Assembly: GCA_038087875.1 (NCBI GenBank)
Contig: CM076000.1
Location: 1,116,001-1,180,000, forward strand
Reading direction: 5' to 3'
DNA: 64,000 bases
DNA from: Malacoraja senta
Taxonomy: Eukaryota
The notes below the pieces were generated by a model. That model saw only the letters and a program-made list of their open reading frames with translations, had not been told where the DNA came from and made no database searches. The position numbers were made by a program, and so were the translations under genes. The number at the start of each line of letters is the position of its first letter. The first letter of the stretch is position 1. Below are positions 63,656-64,000 of this stretch, in pieces.

Positions 63656-64000
63656 TAACTAAAAGAACGATTGCTGGCTTCTGTAGTTTTGAATAAGTTT
63701 GAAAGTGTCAAACATTTGGCATTATGTGCTGCACTGTGATTAACATTCAGTGAGATGCACAATACTACCAAATTCAAATGATTCCCCAATATATAAATAA
63801 AATTATGTAGAATTGGTCTTTGAACAAATAGATTTCTAATTTCTGTTGACATTTTACTTCATGTTTAACAGACCTGACACGCAAGATTCCCCTCAAGCAA
63901 ATTAATTCTACTCAAAATTAGTTGAATAGCTTTATATGATAAAACACGGTACTTTAATCAAAATCTGAGATGAATTGCAAACCTATGCAATTTTTGATGT

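Overview
Vertebrate genomic DNA, most likely a cartilaginous fish such as a skate or ray (inferred from the repeat content: HE1/V-SINE-like SINEs, abundant CR1, Penelope). There are three spliced genes in the order also known from human 2q11.2. NPAS2 contributes its 3' 12 coding exons (+, 2889-36231), RPL31 is complete (+, 5'TOP exon near 41690, CDS 42264-50921, 125 aa), and TBC1D8 contributes its last 6 coding exons (-, 61295-51163) including a GC-AG intron. Introns are packed with mobile elements: CR1, L1, Rex1/Babar, Ingi/Vingi and Penelope retroelements, hAT, Harbinger and ISL2EU-type DNA transposons, and three non-autonomous Helitrons. The most striking unannotated signal is a ~128-bp TSD-flanked retro-insertion (52330-52457) that consists of a 54-nt minimal HDV-like ribozyme fold joined to an Ingi/Vingi-like 3' end with a (GAA)n tail. 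About 20 short Penelope-derived repeats carry minimal hammerhead-type motifs. All structures and family assignments were read by eye; no searches were run.
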